From: an uncultured Pseudomonadales bacterium
GTDB taxonomy: Bacteria; Patescibacteriota; Microgenomatia; UBA1400; PJMF01
Assembly: GCA_964607285.1 (NCBI GenBank)
Contig: CAZSJW010000003.1
Span: 6,094-70,093, forward strand
Direction: 5' to 3'
DNA: 64,000 nucleotides
Position numbers and translations under genes: made by a program. Shown here piece after piece: positions 1-8,575 of this stretch. Position 1 is the stretch's first letter; the number at the start of each line of letters is the position of its first letter. The notes beneath the pieces were generated by a model, which ran no database searches, had not been told where the DNA came from, and saw only the letters and a list, made by a program, of their open reading frames with translations.

Positions 1-37
1 TTTGAGACTCACGCGTATACCATTCCGCCACCACGGC
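1..37 (-). tRNA. tRNA-Leu(CAA), 5' half (truncated by window edge)
   Basis: Reverse complement reads GCCGTGG-TG-GCGGAATGGTATACGC-G-TGAGT-CTCAAA, giving an acceptor strand, a Leu-type D arm and anticodon loop CT-CAA-A. Confidence 0.85.
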
Positions 38-163
38 GACACGTTGGCTATTATACCTCATGTCGATCAAAAAAAAGATAGTAGACAAATTACATATTCG
101 AAAAGGTTCTAGAGACACGATTGATTTTTTTGAAAATTTGCTGCATAGTGAACTACTGGAAAT

Positions 164-415
164 ATGGATAGTTTGGTCGAAAGCCTACAACCACTGGTTA
201 CATCATTGTTCTCGCCAAACAGTATATGGTCTGTTGTACTGCGTGGTGCCATCTGGGTAGTGGTAGCCCTTGTAATTATTCTTAGCAGCGATTCTCACGA
301 TCCAGAAAAATCTCTGAAAAGTTTGAAGTCAAACTTGGGTTTTCTAGTAATATTTCTCGTGCTCTCAGGTGGACTTATTTATCTCTTATTCGGCTATACA
401 TCCACGCCAGCGTAG
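164..415 (+). CDS. small two-TM membrane protein, unknown function
   Basis: 83-aa ORF with two hydrophobic segments, convergent on dnaB. Confidence 0.65.
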   Translation: MDSLVESLQPLVTSLFSPNSIWSVVLRGAIWVVVALVIILSSDSHDPEKSLKSLKSNLGFLVIFLVLSGGLIYLLFGYTSTPA

Positions 416-445
416 ACACCAAATTTTTCAGGCTGCATTGTAGTA

Positions 446-1756
446 CTATCTTCGCGATTCCATTCCGTAAAATCTGGTTCTCTCACCTCTAAAGTAGAGA
501 TCTACATCACCCAATCCACCGTTTCTGTGTTTGGCAATCTTCAAACTTACTGCTTCCCGAATATCATCATCTTTACGATATAAAAACATAACCACGTCTG
601 CATCCTGTTCTATCGAGCCAGATTCGCGCAAATCTGATAGCTGCGGAATTTTTTCTCCACGACTTTCTATTGCACGTGATAATTGTGATAATGCTAAAAC
701 AGGAATTTTGAGCTCTCGAGCAATATTTTTCAAACCCTGAGAAATTTCCGCCACCTCTTGAACACGATTATCTTTTGTTCTGCCTTGTGCTAACTGCAGG
801 TAATCTACAACAAGCATGTCAATTTTATGTTCAGTCATTAGCCTGCGAGCACGCGTTCGCATCTCAAATATAGACATTCCAGGCGTATCATCGATAAAAA
901 TACCTGCGTCTGCCAAAACACCCATAGCATCTGAAAGTTTCAAGAAATCCTGCTGATCCAAACGACCGGTTTTTAATCGCCATGCATCAATATCAGCCTG
1001 AGCCACCAACAAACGATCAACTAGTTCCTCCCTACTCATTTCTAAAGAAAAGAAACCCACACGCTTTTTCTGTGACACAGTGATGTGGTGAATAACGTTC
1101 AACGCAAAGGTCGTTTTACCCATTCCAGGGCGAGCAGCAAAAATTATCAAGTTTGATCGCTGGAAGCCTGCCAAAATTGCATCCACATCTGCAAAACCAC
1201 TGGGTAAGCCGCGCACTTCGCCACCATTTCTCTGCAGCTCATCTAATCGTTCAAAACTCTCTACCAAAGTATCTTTTATGGGAATGAATGACTTATTATT
1301 CTGTTTCTGAGAGAGATTGAAAACACGCTGCTCCGCTTGATCTAAAATATCATTTACTTCCTTACCCTCATCAAACGCTAAGTCTGTAACCTCAGCGGCC
1401 ATAGAAATCATTCGGCGTTTGATTGATGCATCAGATACAATCTTCGCATAATGCTCCACGTTTGCTGCAGTTGAAACTGAGTTTGAAAGTTCTGCAATGT
1501 AGGCTGCTCCACCAGCACCTGTCAGCTGCTTCATTTTTTTAAGCTGGTTTGTCAGAGTCACAACGTCTATAGGTTGACGTTTCTCATATAATGCCTCCAT
1601 TGCTTCAAAAATAATTTGATGCGACTCAAGATAAAAACTGTCGGGATTAAGCAAATCATCAACTTGCACAATGGCATCTTGATCGATCAAAATTGCACCC
1701 AACACTGACTTCTCAGCATCCAGATCTCGCGGTGGAACTCTACCCTGTTGTGCCAT
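446..1756 (-). CDS. dnaB: replicative DNA helicase
   Basis: PPRDLDAEKSVLGA N-terminus, Walker A AARPGMGKT, FSLEMS, VVDYLQL, LSQLSR, DLRESGSIEQDAD, KHRNG. Confidence 0.98.
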   Translation of the reverse strand: MAQQGRVPPRDLDAEKSVLGAILIDQDAIVQVDDLLNPDSFYLESHQIIFEAMEALYEKRQPIDVVTLTNQLKKMKQLTGAGGAAYIAELSNSVSTAANVEHYAKIVSDASIKRRMISMAAEVTDLAFDEGKEVNDILDQAEQRVFNLSQKQNNKSFIPIKDTLVESFERLDELQRNGGEVRGLPSGFADVDAILAGFQRSNLIIFAARPGMGKTTFALNVIHHITVSQKKRVGFFSLEMSREELVDRLLVAQADIDAWRLKTGRLDQQDFLKLSDAMGVLADAGIFIDDTPGMSIFEMRTRARRLMTEHKIDMLVVDYLQLAQGRTKDNRVQEVAEISQGLKNIARELKIPVLALSQLSRAIESRGEKIPQLSDLRESGSIEQDADVVMFLYRKDDDIREAVSLKIAKHRNGGLGDVDLYFRGERTRFYGMESRR

Positions 1757-1775
1757 ACATGTACCTTAAACCTAC

Positions 1776-2435
1776 TCACTCTCTAGCTAAAACAACTAGT
1801 TCCGTTTCCTCAGATTGTGTTCCAGCATTGATTTCATACTTAAGTACAGGTTGTGGTTCTAATCCATACTCAGTACAGAAATCATGAACAGTTTTCATTT
1901 GTCCGAACACATCGGAAGTATGTTCGTCTGTCCGATAGTGCATAGGGATAATCACTCCTGGCTCAAGTGTTCGGATAGTCTTTACTGCTAACTCAGGATT
2001 GATGGTATACACGCCTCCCACAGGACACAGCAAAACATCTACACTGCCGATCGCATCGATTTGTTCACTCGTCAGCTCATGACCTAGATCACCTAAGTGG
2101 CATATACGTACTCCATCTATCAAAATAGTGTAAACAATGTTCTTACCACGCTCACTACCCTCTGTAGCATCGTGGTACGTCTCAACACCAAATACTGATA
2201 TACCACCCACTTCATATTCACCAGGTTGATCAACGATGAATGGTTTATTGCGTCTTACTGTACCAGAAATTCTAGAAACAGCGTTATGATCATCATGTTG
2301 ATGTGAGACGGTAACCATGTCGGCACTCACTTTGACCGTTGCCAATCCAATTGACTCAGCAAAAGGATCCGTCACGAGTGTCCCAAGTTTCCCCTTAAGT
2401 TTGAATGACGAGTGGCCGAGATACGTGATAATCAT
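1776..2435 (-). CDS. MBL-fold metallo-hydrolase (Lactamase_B_3-like)
   Basis: YLGHSSF, TVSHQHDDH, HLGDLG, PMHY motifs. Start moved to ATG 2435, behind AGGAGGAG. Confidence 0.9.
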   Translation of the reverse strand: MIITYLGHSSFKLKGKLGTLVTDPFAESIGLATVKVSADMVTVSHQHDDHNAVSRISGTVRRNKPFIVDQPGEYEVGGISVFGVETYHDATEGSERGKNIVYTILIDGVRICHLGDLGHELTSEQIDAIGSVDVLLCPVGGVYTINPELAVKTIRTLEPGVIIPMHYRTDEHTSDVFGQMKTVHDFCTEYGLEPQPVLKYEINAGTQSEETELVVLARE

Positions 2436-2591
2436 ACTGATACTCCTCCTGAGGAAATACAAATTATTTGTTTGTGTGCGCCTCATTATAGCAGTACTTT
2501 AGGTTGCCATATTTGGAACTTAGAACCACACGATAGTTACACTTTGAAAATCAGGAACGTCCTGTATAATAAACCCGCTTTCTATGTTTCT

Positions 2592-3065
2592 ATGAAAAAA
2601 GAAATCCTGATCTCAGTACTGATCGGTCTCACCTTAGGTCTCATCATCACCTATGGTGTGTATCGATTTCGCAGTAGCATGAATACCAAACCTGCGACTA
2701 CCCTAAAAGAAGTTGCCACCACCACACCCTCCCCAGAAATTGAAACTAGTTCTATAGTAAGTATTCACAACCCACAAGATGGTAGTGTGTTGAGTGAAAC
2801 TGCACTAACTGTCACTGGTAACACTATTCCAGAATCGTATGTGGTGCTTTTTGTAAATGACACCGAATCAATCAGTACAGCAGACAGTGCAGGCAACTTT
2901 TCATTCCAAGCTAAATTGGCCTCTGGCCCAAACATCTTGAGAATACACGTGGTGGATGAAACTGGTAAAACAACGGTTGTGGAACGATCTGTGATCGTTA
3001 TCGAGACTGATACCTCAGTAGCTACCCAAAGCTCAAAAACTGATTCTGATGAAGAGGAAAACTAA
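2592..3065 (+). CDS. membrane-anchored protein with Ig-like domain
   Basis: N-terminal TM, Thr/Pro linker, Ig-like pattern (P.DG...LTVTG.T...ADSAGNFSF..L..GPN). Start taken at MKKEIL. Confidence 0.75.
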   Translation: MKKEILISVLIGLTLGLIITYGVYRFRSSMNTKPATTLKEVATTTPSPEIETSSIVSIHNPQDGSVLSETALTVTGNTIPESYVVLFVNDTESISTADSAGNFSFQAKLASGPNILRIHVVDETGKTTVVERSVIVIETDTSVATQSSKTDSDEEEN

Positions 3066-3073
3066 ACACACTT

Positions 3074-3826
3074 ATGCATAATCGCAAAGCAACACTATAT
3101 CATTCAGCAGCATTGTTCATTTTAATTCTCATTGCGGGCTTGTCTGTGCACATCCAAAGGGTGAATGCACAGAAAGTTGTCTCCAGCCCCAAACCAACGG
3201 CATCAGCAACTCCTTCGCCACAGGTAGACACAGAAAACGCTCCAGGAGAAGCAGATACCAGCAAAGAAACAATAGAAGAAATCAAACGGCGCATTGAGAA
3301 AAACAGTGATTTAGTCAAAGGGGTCACAGACCAAAAAGATGCATTAATTGGAATAATTGGCGAAGTTACTCGCATAACAGGTGAGTCAGTAACTGTCCGC
3401 TCTCAAACTGCTACAACTATCATCGCACTACCAGAAACCGTCATCATAACGAGCGGAAAAAAGAACATAAAACCAGAAGAAATTGCAGTTGGAAACTGGG
3501 TAGGGATAATAGGTGTCAGAGATGATGACGCGTTTACCCCTAGAAGCATTTCTGTCAGCACACAATCACTCCGTCCAAAGGAACAAGAGGTGTCATTGGG
3601 AACTATTTCAAAAATAAACAGGGCATCAATAGAGTTTGCACCTAGAGGTACTGACAGCACAAAAACGCTGGCAATTGCTAAATCTACTAGCTTTGAAGAT
3701 GTTGATGGCAATACCATCAAGGTTACTGACCTCGATACAGATGTCGCTGTACTGGTTGTAGCTCAGCAAATCGATGAAAATTTAACTCTAGCCACAATAC
3801 GCTCACTTGTTCCACTAGAAGACTAG
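3074..3826 (+). CDS. secreted/membrane protein with two tandem small beta-barrel (DUF5666-like) repeats
   Basis: Signal peptide (VNA|Q), P/T/S linker, two repeats of the type G..T.I....V.....EIAVG..V.V. Confidence 0.65.
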   Translation: MHNRKATLYHSAALFILILIAGLSVHIQRVNAQKVVSSPKPTASATPSPQVDTENAPGEADTSKETIEEIKRRIEKNSDLVKGVTDQKDALIGIIGEVTRITGESVTVRSQTATTIIALPETVIITSGKKNIKPEEIAVGNWVGIIGVRDDDAFTPRSISVSTQSLRPKEQEVSLGTISKINRASIEFAPRGTDSTKTLAIAKSTSFEDVDGNTIKVTDLDTDVAVLVVAQQIDENLTLATIRSLVPLED

Positions 3827-3849
3827 CTAGAATTACGATAGGCTGCTGT

Positions 3850-4962
3850 ATGGTTAAAATCGGACTTCCTCACAAACAGCGTGTCAACAAACTCCAATCA
3901 CAACTTGCACGAAAATCAGCAATTTTTCTCTCAAGTCCAAGTTCAATTCGCTACTATACGGGCTTTGTAAGTCTTGTCCCAAGTGAACGTGATGCACTAT
4001 TGTGCATAACGTCCTCTCGCGCATTTTTAATACACTCCACCTTCTCTCCACTTCCCAACGATATATCCTGGATACGCATGCTAACTGGGACGAGCTCCGT
4101 GTCACTACAAAAACATCTGGTGGCAATACTCGCCGAACAACCAATACAAACAATGTTCATAGACACAGAGAATCTTACTGTTAGTGAATTTCAAGTGCTA
4201 CAGTCACAAGGCATTGACACGCAATCACTGATCGGTACTGAGTTGCAAGACTTTGTTACAACACAACGACTACTTAAAGATGCAGCCGAAATCAACAGAA
4301 TGCAGCATGCTGCTCAAATTACTGCTCAGGCAGTTAGTCAAGTTCAATCCCTACTAACTGTGGGGATGACAGAGATCGAGGTGAAAAGGCTTCTTGAGCA
4401 TACTATGGAAAATGCAGGTGCAGAAGGCATGGCATTCCCCTCCATTGTAGCATTTGGGACAAACAGTGCCTTGCCGCATCACCAACCGTCTGCAGCAGTT
4501 CTTTCTGACAACATGGTGGTACTTATCGATGTAGGTGCACAAGTCGATGGCTACTGTGCTGATATGACTCGCACCATATGGTTTGGATCAAGCCCAAGCA
4601 AAAAGTTTATCGAAATCGAAACAGTTGTCATAAATGCATACGTAGCATCTCTGAAAATTGCTAAAAATTTCGTAGAAACTGGTGAGCCCACGCAACTACG
4701 TTCTATCGATCAAGCTGCTCGGTCACTCATCACTGATGCAGGCTATGGTGAACTGTTCACCCATACGACTGGCCACGGGCTGGGACTGGATATACATGAG
4801 CATCCATCCATCAATTGGAAATCCGAGGTCGCTCTACAGTCAAATATGATGTTCACTATTGAACCAGGGATATATATTGACGGTGTTTTTGGAGTGCGAT
4901 ATGAGAATACAATTTTGATAAGCGACAATAGTATCAATGAACTCACCATCCACCAGGATTAA
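3850..4962 (+). CDS. Xaa-Pro aminopeptidase (M24B)
   Basis: PHH, LIDVGA.VDGYCADMTRT, HTTGHGLGLDIHE, TIEPGIY, GVRYE metal-binding motifs. Confidence 0.95.
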   Translation: MVKIGLPHKQRVNKLQSQLARKSAIFLSSPSSIRYYTGFVSLVPSERDALLCITSSRAFLIHSTFSPLPNDISWIRMLTGTSSVSLQKHLVAILAEQPIQTMFIDTENLTVSEFQVLQSQGIDTQSLIGTELQDFVTTQRLLKDAAEINRMQHAAQITAQAVSQVQSLLTVGMTEIEVKRLLEHTMENAGAEGMAFPSIVAFGTNSALPHHQPSAAVLSDNMVVLIDVGAQVDGYCADMTRTIWFGSSPSKKFIEIETVVINAYVASLKIAKNFVETGEPTQLRSIDQAARSLITDAGYGELFTHTTGHGLGLDIHEHPSINWKSEVALQSNMMFTIEPGIYIDGVFGVRYENTILISDNSINELTIHQD

Positions 4963-4970
4963 TCCATAGA

Positions 4971-5183
4971 ATGTTACCTACAGAACACCCAAAAAATCAA
5001 CTCGATATTTTAAAACAAATCGTAATTGAACCAGAGGACAGCATCCAATTACTTCCAAATCAAATCTTGATTGTAAAACCCAATGGTGTGACACATGTCC
5101 ATCATCTGGATAAGAACGGGGTCATAATACCAGGACAATCAATTGTGATGCCCATTAATAAGTTTTATGGTCGAAATAAATAA
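4971..5183 (+). CDS. hypothetical protein
   Basis: 70-aa ATG ORF 8 nt after the peptidase, with no recognisable motif. Confidence 0.5.
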   Translation: MLPTEHPKNQLDILKQIVIEPEDSIQLLPNQILIVKPNGVTHVHHLDKNGVIIPGQSIVMPINKFYGRNK

Positions 5184-5189
5184 TTGCTT

Positions 5190-5205
5190 GTGAACCCACC
5201 GAGAA
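5190..5205. repeat. direct repeat of tRNA-Ala 3' end (att-like)
   Basis: GTGAACCCACCGAGAA (5190-5205) versus GTGGACCCACCGAGAA (5349-5364), 15/16 identical. Confidence 0.6.
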
Positions 5206-5310
5206 ACTCCCCTTCGGGGATTAGCCATGCGCTTTGTGAAACTTTGCTCCAAGACAGACAAAATCGCTTGGCGGCAGAACTCAAGAAATCCTATTCAGTC
5301 AATGCAACCA

Positions 5311-5348
5311 TAAAACAAAAATCAGCCTATAGGCTGTTTTTTGTTTTA
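5311..5348. terminator. near-perfect palindromic bidirectional terminator downstream of tRNA-Ala
   Basis: TAAAACAAAAATCAGCC-TATA-GGCTGTTTTTTGTTTTA, with T-tracts on both strands. Confidence 0.7.
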
Positions 5349-5349
5349 G

Positions 5350-5420
5350 TGGACCCACCGAGAATCGAACTCGGGACTCTGCAATGCGAATGCGGCGGTA
5401 TACCACTTACCTATGGGCCC
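5350..5420 (-). tRNA. tRNA-Ala(CGC), CCA not encoded
   Basis: Reverse complement GGGCCCA-TA-GGTAAGTGGTATACC-G-CCGCA-TTCGCAT-TGCAG-AGTC-CCGAG-TTCGATT-CTCGG-TGGGTCC-A has a G3:U70 pair and anticodon CGC. Confidence 0.92.
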
Positions 5421-5469
5421 TACTTGAGAGAACTTTTGTATTGTACACCTTTTTACATTCGAGTGTGGT

Positions 5470-5498
5470 TTGACAAAAACCTCCTTTATCACTATAAT
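5470..5498 (+). promoter_or_regulatory. consensus sigma70 promoter for his leader/racemase/hisS operon
   Basis: TTGACA (5470-5475), 17-nt spacer, TATAAT (5493-5498). Confidence 0.85.
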
Positions 5499-5505
5499 TA
5501 AAACT

Positions 5506-5565
5506 ATGCGATTATTTATGATCAGCAATCTAGCTCATCATACCCACACACATACAATGCGGTGA
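5506..5565 (+). CDS. His-rich attenuation leader peptide MRLFMISNLAHHTHTHTMR
   Basis: 19-codon ORF starting 7 nt after the -10 box, with 4 His codons in a 6-codon stretch, upstream of a terminator and the hisS operon. Confidence 0.8.
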   Translation: MRLFMISNLAHHTHTHTMR

Positions 5566-5583
5566 TGGGATTCTAGTAGCAAT

Positions 5584-5627
5584 TTGAGCACAATAACCCC
5601 GCCGCAAGCGGGTTTTTTTGTGCTCAA
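5584..5627 (+). terminator. attenuator terminator
   Basis: CCCGC-CGCAA-GCGGG-TTTTTTT, nested in an outer TTGAGCACAA/TTGTGCTCAA inverted repeat. The 5' arm can alternatively pair with GCGGTGATGGG at the leader stop. Confidence 0.8.
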
Positions 5628-5637
5628 AAAAGGTTTT

Positions 5638-6345
5638 ATGAAACAAATACAATATGAAAAAGTTGACACAGCAGGACAGATAACTGCGGTAGTTTCTCGA
5701 GTGAATGCAAATATAAAGAAATCAGCAATAGCGAGAGACATACTGAGCTTAGATGCAACTATCGAACAAGTAGTTTTTGTCATGCCTCAGCTGATAGCTG
5801 ACTACATGCCCAGGCTAGACATGATGGGAGATGAACTCAGCATCAACGGATCTTTAGCAGGTGCTTACGTTGCATTGCAGCGGGCAGATGCGCAAAGCGG
5901 TAGTTTTGAAATCTCTGGGCTGCGAGACCCTGTTCGAGCAGAGATTAGTAATTCTTGTATCAGCATCACTTTTCCTGACACAATAGTTCGTCGCATTGAA
6001 TCTGCAAAAAATACAGTTGTACTTGCAGGTATCTCATACTATGTAGTAGAGGCAACTCTACCCGTGCAGCAGCTAACACCTGCACAGCGAGAAACTATAC
6101 CCAAGCTCCTGGAAGAAAACCCAGCAGCTGGAATCGTTTTCTACCAAGCAAACCAAATTCAACCAGTTGTCTTTGTAGAAGAAACCAATTCGTTAGTTTG
6201 GGAGCAAGCATGTGGATCTGGTTCGCTCGCCTTCTCGCTGCTCACAGGTATATCAACAGTCAAGCAACCATCAGGAAGCTACATTACAATCACCACCTCA
6301 GGTGATACACTAGGCGTGTCCGTGCCAGTACGAAAGGTCGACTAA
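5638..6345 (+). CDS. DapF-fold PLP-independent amino-acid racemase, CntK/histidine racemase-like
   Basis: Colinear with CntK motifs: KVDTAGQITAVV, EQVVFV, LDMMGDELSINGS (cf. M.G.EFCGNA), QPVVFVEETNSLVWEQACGSGS, VKQPSG. TAATG overlap with hisS. Confidence 0.8.
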   Translation: MKQIQYEKVDTAGQITAVVSRVNANIKKSAIARDILSLDATIEQVVFVMPQLIADYMPRLDMMGDELSINGSLAGAYVALQRADAQSGSFEISGLRDPVRAEISNSCISITFPDTIVRRIESAKNTVVLAGISYYVVEATLPVQQLTPAQRETIPKLLEENPAAGIVFYQANQIQPVVFVEETNSLVWEQACGSGSLAFSLLTGISTVKQPSGSYITITTSGDTLGVSVPVRKVD

Positions 6346-7595
6346 TGCAAACACAAATCCAAACCCTCAAAGGCTTTCGAGACTTCCTACCAGCTGAAAA
6401 ACGCAAGCGACAGTATGTAGCAGGTGTTATGTCTAGCGTGTTTGAACGCTACGGCTTTGCTCCTCTGGAAACACCGACGCTCGAATATGCTGAGCTATTA
6501 TTGGGAAAGTATGGTGAAGAAGCAGATACATTGGTATACACATTTACTGACCGAGGTGACAGAGCAGTGGGTCTGCGCTACGACCAGACAGTACCAACTG
6601 CCCGCGTGTTGACGCAATATCAAAATGAGCTCCCCAAGTATTTTCGCCGATACCAAATCCAAAATGTTTTTCGAGCGGACAAACCGCAAAAAGGTCGCTT
6701 CCGCGAGTTTACCCAGTGCGACTGTGACATCTTCGGGAGTATTTCGCCTGTTGCTGATGCTGAGCTTCTGGCCGTGCTCTATGCAGTTTACAAGGAGATT
6801 GGTTTCGGGCAAATTTCGCTCCTGATAAACGATCGCCAGCTGCTTGCTAACTTGCTCAGTGAGTTTGCCACGCCCGAAGTGCCATTTGCTAGCATTGTGC
6901 AAACAATCGACAAATTGGACAAGGTTGGTGCTGATGGGGTCACTGCTGAGCTTGTCAAAAAAGGTCACGCATACCAAGCTGCTGCAAAAATTTTATCCGT
7001 ACTAGAAAATGCTACTAAATCAAAACAATTGCTTGAAATTGAACAGTACGCAACTGCTTTGGGAGTGCCCCAAGAAGCACTGCTGTTTACCCCTACCCTA
7101 GCACGTGGATTAGACTACTACACAGGCATGATCATAGAAGTGCAGTTACCCGAATATGGTGCGGGCTCAGTGGCAGGTGGCGGAAGGTATGATAATTTGA
7201 TTTCTGAACTCGGTGGACCAGCAATCCCTGCTGTTGGGTTTGGCATTGGCTTTGACAGAACTCTGGAAGCTGCTGATAGTTTGGGGCTTTTACCCACTAC
7301 ACTTGATCGGACTCGGGTGTTAGTTACCTTGTTTGATGAATCATCGACTCCCGCAGTGCTCTCCGTAGCCAAGACTTTGCGTGCTGCTGGCGTGGCAACT
7401 GAGGTCTACCCCGCCATAGAAAAATTAGGCAAACAATTCAAGCTAGCAGATCAGAAGCAAATTCCTTTTGCAGTTGTGGTTGGTCCAGAGGAAGTTGCTG
7501 GCAATACTGTGCAGCTAAAAAACATGGCAACAGGAGAACAACAGCAGATGCAATTGGAGCAGGTTGTCCAGACAGTGCAGATAGCTACCGAATAG
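6345..7595 (+). CDS. hisS: histidyl-tRNA synthetase
   Basis: KGFRDFLP, LRYDQTVP, FRADKPQKGRFREFTQCD, LARGLDYYTG, GGGRYD, anticodon-binding domain. Confidence 0.98.
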   Translation: MQTQIQTLKGFRDFLPAEKRKRQYVAGVMSSVFERYGFAPLETPTLEYAELLLGKYGEEADTLVYTFTDRGDRAVGLRYDQTVPTARVLTQYQNELPKYFRRYQIQNVFRADKPQKGRFREFTQCDCDIFGSISPVADAELLAVLYAVYKEIGFGQISLLINDRQLLANLLSEFATPEVPFASIVQTIDKLDKVGADGVTAELVKKGHAYQAAAKILSVLENATKSKQLLEIEQYATALGVPQEALLFTPTLARGLDYYTGMIIEVQLPEYGAGSVAGGGRYDNLISELGGPAIPAVGFGIGFDRTLEAADSLGLLPTTLDRTRVLVTLFDESSTPAVLSVAKTLRAAGVATEVYPAIEKLGKQFKLADQKQIPFAVVVGPEEVAGNTVQLKNMATGEQQQMQLEQVVQTVQIATE

Positions 7596-7618
7596 CTTCA
7601 CATGCTATTCTTACTACT

Positions 7619-8575
7619 ATGCCTGCCCGAAAACCACACGCTATAGTTGCAAGTCATCGTCTCAAGGCATATCTATTACTACTACTTAACACCATAACCT
7701 GGGGTGCCGCTCTAGTAATCGTCAAACCCGCACTTGAACACAGTTCCCCCTTCCGCTACTTGCTATATCGATTTGTGCTAGCAGCAATCCTGAGCATTCC
7801 AATCTGGTGGCACTACCGAAACCATCCTGCACTCAAAAAGCATGCGTCTCAATTCTTCGGGCGGGTTGGCTCGACTGAACTCATTGGCACCACCTTAGCA
7901 CTTGGGCTGCTGTACACGGGGCTAAACCTAACCTCAGCCATCGAAGCAAGTCTGCTAACCACCACCACACCAATTTTTATAGTCTTAGCAGGCATCATCT
8001 GGTTGCGTGAGCGTCAAAACAAAGCCGAGTGGCTTGGGTTAAGTGTAGCATTCATCGGCACTGTCATAGTTACATTGGTACCCTACATACAAAATGGAAG
8101 TGCCACAGCTGAACTTTCCGTTATGGGAAACATCTTAATTTTACTACAAAACATTGCCACAGCCACCTATTTTATTCTGGCAAAGCGATGGTACAAATCC
8201 TACCCGAAGTTGCTCATCGCTTCCCTGAGTTTCATAGTTGGCATCGCAGCGTTTTTGGGGCTGAGTTTGTTCGAGCTTAATTGGTCTCTGAGCGAATTCC
8301 TACAAGTTGTTGCTAGTGACTTCACCCACTCCTCTGTCTGGATCGCCACTGGCTACATGGCGTTTTTTGGCTCCATCATCGGCCTCACCGCCTACATTAA
8401 GGGGCAAGACATGATCGAGGCATCTGAAGCCAGTGTGTTCACCTACTTGCAGCCACTGGTGTATGTGCCGCTTAGCATTGCACTACTGGGCGAGTCGTTT
8501 ACGTTCTGGCAAGGTGGCGGGTTGTTGCTCATCCTGCTGGGAGTGTGGTGGGCCGAGGTTCGGGGGCGGAAATGA
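7619..8575 (+). CDS. DMT/EamA family transporter
   Basis: About 10 TM helices, duplicated EamA pattern (WG...K.AL, TSAIEASLL...PIF, ASVFTYLQP, LGE). Confidence 0.9.
   Translation: MPARKPHAIVASHRLKAYLLLLLNTITWGAALVIVKPALEHSSPFRYLLYRFVLAAILSIPIWWHYRNHPALKKHASQFFGRVGSTELIGTTLALGLLYTGLNLTSAIEASLLTTTTPIFIVLAGIIWLRERQNKAEWLGLSVAFIGTVIVTLVPYIQNGSATAELSVMGNILILLQNIATATYFILAKRWYKSYPKLLIASLSFIVGIAAFLGLSLFELNWSLSEFLQVVASDFTHSSVWIATGYMAFFGSIIGLTAYIKGQDMIEASEASVFTYLQPLVYVPLSIALLGESFTFWQGGGLLLILLGVWWAEVRGRK

Noticed and set aside
5184-5528. ORFs 5184-5501 (+) and 5346-5528 (-)
   Set aside because: They overlap tRNA-Ala, its terminator and the promoter, so they are spurious translations.
5421-5637. T-box riboswitch upstream of hisS operon
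   Set aside because: No T-box consensus (AAnnnnGGTGGnACC) or Stem I is visible, and the leader is too short. The His uORF explains the terminator better.
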